Source of the DNA: Octopus bimaculoides | Lineage: Eukaryota | Assembly: GCF_001194135.2 (NCBI RefSeq) | Contig: NC_068981.1 | Location: 134,022,179 to 134,075,702, forward strand | Reading direction: 5' to 3' | Length of the DNA: 53,524 nt | Shown: piece after piece, positions 47,265-53,524 of the stretch | Layout: every line of letters begins with the position of its first letter | How positions within the stretch are numbered: position 1 is the stretch's first letter | Position numbers and translations under genes: made by a program | The notes under the pieces: generated by a model | Seen by the model: the letters and a program-made list of their open reading frames with translations, nothing else | Database searches by the model: none | What the model was told of the DNA's origin: nothing

Positions 47265-49297
47265 TATTTCATTAAATTGGCCATTAAGGCCTTACAAAGA
47301 GGGGACAAACAAGGACAGACAAACGTAAAGAAGCTGCGGGCTGGACACGGACATTAATGAAATGAGGGTGATAACAAAAAATGTTGAAATAAAAAATGGG
47401 AGGGGCACCGGCGCCCACCGACCGATAACCCCTCGAAAACATTGTTCAATTTATATATTCATGNNNNNNNNNNNNNNNNNNNNNNNNNNNNNNNNNNNNN
47501 NNNNNNNNNNNNNNNNNNNNNNNNNNNNNNNNNNNNNNNNNNNNNNNNNNNNNNNNNNNNNNNNNNNNNNNNNNNNNNNNNNNNNNNNNNNNNNNNNNNN
47601 NNNNNNNNNNNNNNNNNNNNNNNNNNNNNNNNNNNNNNNNNNNNNNNNNNNNNNNNNNNNNNNNNNNNNNNNNNNNNNNNNNNNNNNNNNNNNNNNNNNN
47701 NNNNNNNNNNNNNNNNNNNNNNNNNNNNNNNNNNNNNNNNNNNNNNNNNNNNNNNNNNNNNNNNNNNNNNNNNNNNNNNNNNNNNNNNNNNNNNNNNNNN
47801 NNNNNNNNNNNNNNNNNNNNNNNNNNNNNNNNNNNNNNNNNNNNNNNNNNNNNNNNNNNNNNNNNNNNNNNNNNNNNNNNNNNNNNNNNNNNNNNNNNNN
47901 NNNNNNNNNNNNNNNNNNNNNNNNNNNNNNNNNNNNNNNNNNNNNNNNNNNNNNNNNNNNNNNNNNNNNNNNNNNNNNNNNNNNNNNNNNNNNNNNNNNN
48001 NNNNNNNNNNNNNNNNNNNNNNNNNNNNNNNNNNNNNNNNNNNNNNNNNNNNNNNNNNNNNNNNNNNNNNNNNNNNNNNNNNNNNNNNNNNNNNNNNNNN
48101 NNNNNNNNNNNNNNNNNNNNNNNNNNNNNNNNNNNNNNNNNNNNNNNNNNNNNNNNNNNNNNNNNNNNNNNNNNNNNNNNNNNNNNNNNNNNNNNNNNNN
48201 NNNNNNNNNNNNNNNNNNNNNNNNNNNNNNNNNNNNNNNNNNNNNNNNNNNNNNNNNNNNNNNTTTTGATGTGGCCAGCTTTCAGGCACTCATGGCACCT
48301 CGGTTGCCGACCCTCAATATTCACCGGGTACTTTGCCCCGGCCAACTTCAAGAAATCCGGAAAGCACATGTCTCCTACAGCCACTGGGGACCACAAGGTC
48401 AATGTCGCTTTGGCGCCCTGCCAGTTGACTGCAGGTGACATGTGCACATTAAGGAGCCTGGGTCCACTGTCCCCCAAGCCCTGCCGAATGGTATTAGTGA
48501 TCCACTCGGCCTTGTAACTTGGGGGTAGTCCATGAACCCAGGCTCTAATTATCGTTCTTCCACAGTAAGAGGGGAGGAACAAAATTTCCTCCCTCTGCAG
48601 AGTCTGGCTTGCCGCATTAGCAGCTTCTTCAGGGGAGTCAAACAGCAACCACACCGTTGCATATTTGACCCCCCTGGATATGTAATATTTCTTTGTTGGC
48701 AAACAAATTGCCAACTCTTTTTCTATTACCTCCTTGTTGAAGAGGGCAACGGCATTGCGTGACCTACAATAGGTCCACATGACCACCGTCCTCCTCTCCA
48801 TCTCCTTCACCCACTGCTTGGGTGGGCACAGTTCCCACTCCAAGACAGAGTTCTTCTTTGCCATGTCCGAAAAGTTCAATACACAATAGTCTCAAAAATG
48901 TAGTTAAAAAAAAACAGGATGAAAGAGAAGAAAAATAAAAGAAAGAAGAACCAAAATCAGAAGAAAAGAAAAAAAGAAAGGAAAAAAGAAACAAATAACA
49001 AANNNNNNNNNNNNNNNNNNNNNNNNNNNNNNNNNNNNNNNNNNNNNNNNNNNNNNNNNNNNNNNNNNNNNNNNNNNNNNNNNNNNNNNNNNNNNNNNNN
49101 NNNNNNNNNNNNNNNNNNNNNNNNNNNNNNNNNNNNNNNNNNNNNNNNNNNNNNNNNNNNNNNNNNNNNNNNNNNNNNNNNNNNNNNNNNNNNNNNNNNN
49201 NNNNNNNNNNNCGACTTCACAATTTTCAATCTTTGGACGGCGTTAACACACGTCCACTCCTGTTCATTAGTAAGAAACTACTTCAACGCGCAAGACC
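47265..49297 (-). mobile_element. Tx1/L1-like non-LTR element with ORF1, flanked by a TSD; contains two N-gaps
   Basis: TSD GAAGCAAGCTTCTT at 47251-47264 and 49299-49312; 5' UTR, ORF1 with zinc knuckle, 3' UTR with hairpin and A-rich end; gaps 47464-48263 and 49003-49211. Confidence 0.85.
48264..48864 (-). CDS. ORF1 (gag-like nucleic-acid-binding protein) of the Tx1/L1-like element; 3' end runs into the gap
   Basis: ATG at 48864; 200 codons without a stop; RRM-like RAWVHGLPP..EWI segment and VNIEGRQPRCHECLKAGHIK (CX2CX4H of a CCHC knuckle). Confidence 0.8.
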
Positions 49298-49312
49298 GGA
49301 AGCAAGCTTCTT

Positions 49313-49537
49313 ATTTCTTTATTGCCCACAAGGGGCTAAACATAGAGGGGACAAACAAGGACAGACGAATGGGTTAAGTCGATTACATCGACCCCAGTGC
49401 GTAACTGGTACTTAATTTATCGACCCCGAAAGGATGAAAGGCAAAGTCGACCTCGGCGGAAATTTGAACTCAGAACATAACGGCAGATGAAATAACGCTA
49501 AGCATTTCGCCCGGCGTGCTAACGTTTCTGCCAGCTC
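49313..49537 (-). mobile_element. SINE family C variant with LINE-like 3' tail, flanked by a perfect 15-bp TSD
   Basis: GGAAGCAAGCTTCTT at 49298-49312 and 49538-49552; body is family C, tail differs from the other C copies. Confidence 0.92.
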
Positions 49538-49776
49538 GGAAGCAAGCTTCTTACCACACAGCCACACCTGTGCCTGTATATATTGTATATATTTAGCTTC
49601 ATTTTATGTCTACTTTTCATGTGATGGGCAAGTTTTCCGAAGAAATGTTTTTCAAAGACAAGTAGGTATATATGGGTATCTATTCCAAAACTGGGATACA
49701 TATGTTATTAATTAAGAATCACATTGTCCTTTCTAAGCCATAGGCTCATAAGGCCAATCTCCTGGATTCTGTGGTG

Positions 49777-49824
<48 letters not shown>

Positions 49825-50195
49825 CTTACCCACTGGATGGGATATGGATCTATTGCAGGATTACTCATTTTTACCAGCTGGGTGGATTGGTGCAAAATAA
49901 AATGAAGTGTTTTGCTTAAGAATACAACACAACGCATTACCTGCTCCAGGAATTGAAACTACAATCTTACAATTATGAGTGCAACACACTAATCACCAAG
50001 CCACATGCTTGCGCATATATATTACATACATGTGCATATGCATACATACATGCATACAAAAATATACAAACATGCACACGTATACACACATGCACACTAG
50101 GTGCAGGTGTGGTAATGGGTACAGATGTGATTATAAGCATAGATGTGACAAAGGTGCAAATGTGGCTATAGGTGCAGGCATAGCTATAGATACAC

Positions 50196-50357
50196 ATGCG
50201 GCTGTGTGATTAAGAAGCTTGCTTCTTGATCACCTGCAAATGACATGGTTTGGGGTTCAGTCCCACTGCATGGCATCTTGGACAAGTTTCTTACTTTCTA
50301 GCTCTGGATTGTCAGTTGTCAGTGGATTTGGTTGATGAAAACTGTAAGAAGCCTGTC

Positions 50358-50360
<3 letters not shown>
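50196..50360 (+). mobile_element. SINE family A 5' half
   Basis: gcggctgtgtgattaagaagcttgcttc...ggggttcagtcccactgc. Confidence 0.7.
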
Positions 50361-50407
<47 letters not shown>

Positions 50408-50902
50408 NNNNNNNNNNNNNNNNNNNNNNNNNNNNNNNNNNNNNNNNNNNNNNNNNNNNNNNNNNNNNNNNNNNNNNNNNNNNNNNNNNNNNNNNNNNNN
50501 NNNNNNNNNNNNNNNNNNNNNNNNNNNNNNNNNNNNNNNNNNNNNNNNNNNNNNNNNNNNNNNNNNNNNNNNNNNNNNNNNNNNNNNNNNNNNNNNNNNN
50601 NNNNNNNNNNNNNNNNNNNNNNNNNNNNNNNNNNNNNNNNNNNNNNNNNNNNNNNNNNNNNNNNNNNNNNNNNNNNNNNNNNNNNNNNNNNNNNNNNNNN
50701 NNNNNNNNNNNNNNNNNNNNNNNNNNNNNNNNNNNNNNNNNNNNNNNNNNNNNNNNNNNNNNNNNNNNNNNNNNNNNNNNNNNNNNNNNNNNNNNNNNNN
50801 NNNNNNNNNNNNNNNNNNNNNNNNNNNNNNNNNNNNNNNNNNNNNNNNNNNNNNNNNNNNNNNNNNNNNNNNNNNNNNNNNNNNNNNNNNNNNNNNNNNN
50901 NN

Positions 50903-50941
<39 letters not shown>

Positions 50942-51642
50942 TACACATGCATTGAAAGAGGGAGTGAGAGAGAGAGAAAAAAGAAGGGGAGAAAGAGAGA
51001 AAATAAGAAAGATTTACCCCTGTTTGTGAGAGAGTCTTTGGCAATTTATAACAGCAAAAATTCTAAACATCGGTGACAAAACCAATAATCCAATAATTTT
51101 TTGATGCAGAATACCTTGTGGTATTTATTTTACTAAGTTATTCAAGCAATCCTTTTATTACTCTCAACATTGGAAATGTAATGAATCAGTGATTGGCTCA
51201 TTGGAAATCAATGTAATCAATAATACCATTGGTTACAAAATGTCATAAAAATTTGCTCACAACCATCAGCTTTTTATGTCCACTTTTCTTGCTGCTATGT
51301 CTTGACAGCTTGTTATGGCAGTGTGACTGGATGCTCTTCCTGTCAATAATTCTTTTAGTCATCTGTTACAACATATAGGGATGCTGTGTACCTACCCATA
51401 CTGAAACCAGGCTACAATGATGCGTGCTTTAACAAATTGTAACTTAAAATAAATGTTCAAAACTTGAGCAAGTGTCTTCTACTATAATTCTCGATAACCC
51501 TGGTGCCAACCAGGGGCTTGTGCATGAATTTGCAAGACAGAAATTGCATGGAAGCCATCAGGTGTGTGCATCTATGTATATATATATGTATGTATGTATT
51601 TATATATATATGTGTGTGTGTATTTATATATGTGTGTGTGTG

Positions 51643-51681
<39 letters not shown>

Positions 51682-52604
51682 GGTATTTGGATTCTGCCAC
51701 GGAGGAAGCTGATGTTCAATTTACGTGTTTGCTGACTCTACTGTTTTGGTGTCTCTCTTGTTTATAATCAGGTGTAGAATTGTATGAATGCGGTGTAGAG
51801 CATTAAGTTGACAAAACTTTTAGAATATGTTATAAGTTATTTATTAAAATTTGAAATGGTAACATTTGCTATATCACAGCAGGTAAACAATAATAAATGG
51901 AAAAATGTTCACAAGAAACACATTCAGTTGTGGTATTTGTGATGTAGTAATTGTTGTTTTTGTATCTATGTGTTTTTGTGTGTTTGAAGAGACAAAGTGT
52001 GTGTACAAAAGAACCTTACTTGTATAACTGTTGTTGTATCGATGCATGCTCTCGGGCTAGTAGTTAGTCAGCAGTTGTGACGTCTCAATTAGACAGATGA
52101 CTGTCCTTGCAAAGCATGTGGGGTCATGCCAGCAACTAACGTTACTTGGCCAAATGTCTCTCTATTTATAACATTTGGTGGTCACAGTGCTGACAAGTGA
52201 AGCTATGTCTGGCTATAACGTTCCTTTGATTTATGGGTGTCGAAGGTCAAGTGTTTTGGCCGTTAATTTTTGCCAAACATTTTCTTTGTCATTTGTTATC
52301 TATCGCAAGTCCCTTAGTTTTGAATGTGTGGTCTTTTGCTGGGAAAATATACAACTGACCGTGGGAAACATTTTCCTCTGAGGTCGAGTTGTGAGCTGAG
52401 AGATTTGGGTTCAGTTTTGAATCAAAATCTCTCACATATATGTAGAAAACAGTTATTTTATTCCACATGGGTAGAAATATAGGAAAAATAGAAGTTGAAT
52501 TTGCACTGAGAATAATTAAAATATCTTTTATTGATATATTTAAAGCTTTAACTGGTTTCACAATTTACACTCATTTTTAAAAAGTTCAAATAGAAAGACG
52601 TGAC

Positions 52605-53328
52605 TTATGTTGCAGCTGTCTTGCTTCTGACTAGTGTTTGAAGTTTGTCCTATTTTTATAGGGAGTTCATGGCTCATATTAGTATATGTTTTCAATAGGA
52701 TTTGATTAGTAGAGGATAGTCATATGACTGGTCTTAGAAATTTTTGTAGGTCCCCCACTATGTCTGGGTGTTAGTATCAAGTTACAATATTTGGCATCAT
52801 AAGTTAAGGCAGATATGGTTGACTGAACATGTCCAAACAATTAATGTTCTGAATGTTTTCTGTCAAGTGTTTGTAGATAATGAACACATGATTAAGTTTA
52901 TAACCTTTTGTACGTTTCCCACTTGGCCCATGTATTAGTGTCAGGTGACAGTATATTTTGCCCCCAAAAAGAAGGCTGACACAGTTGAGTGAAGATGTTT
53001 AGTTATAATCAAGGCACACCAAATTTAATCTGTCTGGTGGGAGAGTGAACAGGAGTCATTTGTATGTAGTGCAGTGACTAAAGTTTAAATTGTTAGCTGT
53101 GTAGGTTCTTCATAAGTAACAGAATGAGTTTTGTGTGTGAGTAGTTATTTGTGTATATATTCTGTTAAGTCTTGGTTTGTACTTTTGTATGAAAGTATTT
53201 TCTTTGATTGGTAGACTATCCTCTACCAATTCAACACAAATACTAATTTGAGTCATGAACTCCCTATAAAAATAGGGCAAGCTTCAAACACTAGTTAGAA
53301 GCAAGAAAGCAAGGCAGCTGCAACATAA
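52605..53328. repeat. Long imperfect inverted repeat (arms about 52605-52721 and 53214-53328)
   Basis: ttatgttgcagctg..cttgcttctgactagtgtttgaagtttgtcctatttttatagggagttcatggctcatattagtat versus its reverse complement at 53240-53328, plus a further block 52701-52721 / 53214-53234. Confidence 0.9.
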
Positions 53329-53466
53329 GCCATATATTTCTATTTGAACTGTTTGAAAATCACTGTAAACTGTGAAACCAGTTAAAGCTTTAAACATATT
53401 AATAAAAAGTATTTTAATTATTCTCAGTACATTTTCAACTTCTATTTTTCCTATGTATGTATGTAT

Positions 53467-53520
<54 letters not shown>

Positions 53521-53524
53521 TATA

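Larger units (their letters stand above)
46890..49576 (-). mobile_element. Host SINE family A copy split by two retro-insertions (body about 46890-47264; 5' end 49553-49576)
   Basis: Removing 47265-49552 rejoins aggcacaggtgtggctgtgtggt-aagaagcttgcttc-acaaccacacggttctgggttcac, a normal SINE A head. Confidence 0.9.

Noticed and set aside
6956-50360. tRNA-like A/B-box sequences
   Set aside because: They are SINE heads with no complete cloverleaf; not called as tRNA genes.
6299-53517. The many ORF-track entries rich in YI/HT/CV repeats or X runs
   Set aside because: They are translations of (TA)n, (CA)n and (CATA)n microsatellites and N-gaps, not genes.

Overview
AT-rich, microsatellite- and SINE-dense metazoan genomic DNA with about 13 N-gaps. 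The repeat landscape is cephalopod-like, probably an Octopus draft scaffold (inference, no search run). One complete protein-coding gene can be reconstructed by hand: a 7-exon, + strand DUSP12/YVH1-type dual-specificity phosphatase. Its CDS is join 1842-2095, 6732-6845, 10081-10202, 14136-14232, 17768-17960, 20211-20259, 21598-21746 (978 nt, 325 aa, all GT-AG, phases consistent). It has an N-terminal DSP domain, a C-terminal zinc-binding domain and an atypical P-loop, HCLVGCSRG. A possible divergent gene starts about 150 bp upstream on the - strand (weak). From about 22 kb to the end I found no supportable coding exon; the region is SINEs (at least 4 families), TTAA-flanked piggyBac-type MITEs, hAT and Tigger MITEs, a DD37D/maT transposase relic, CR1/L2, RTE and RLE-type LINE fragments, and simple repeats. 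Main observation: at 47251-49552 a SINE head is split by two tandem, co-oriented retro-insertions, an ORF1-bearing Tx1/L1-like element and a SINE with the same 3' tail motif. Both sit at the same nucleotide with the same 14-15 bp target duplication, suggesting a sequence-specific retrotransposon that targets an abundant SINE. Also notable: a head-to-tail array of three RLE-retroelement fragments joined at (TACA)n, two Penelope-type hammerhead-like motifs, and two long inverted repeats. SINE family labels A, B, C and G are my working labels; repeat boundaries are approximate unless TSD coordinates are given.
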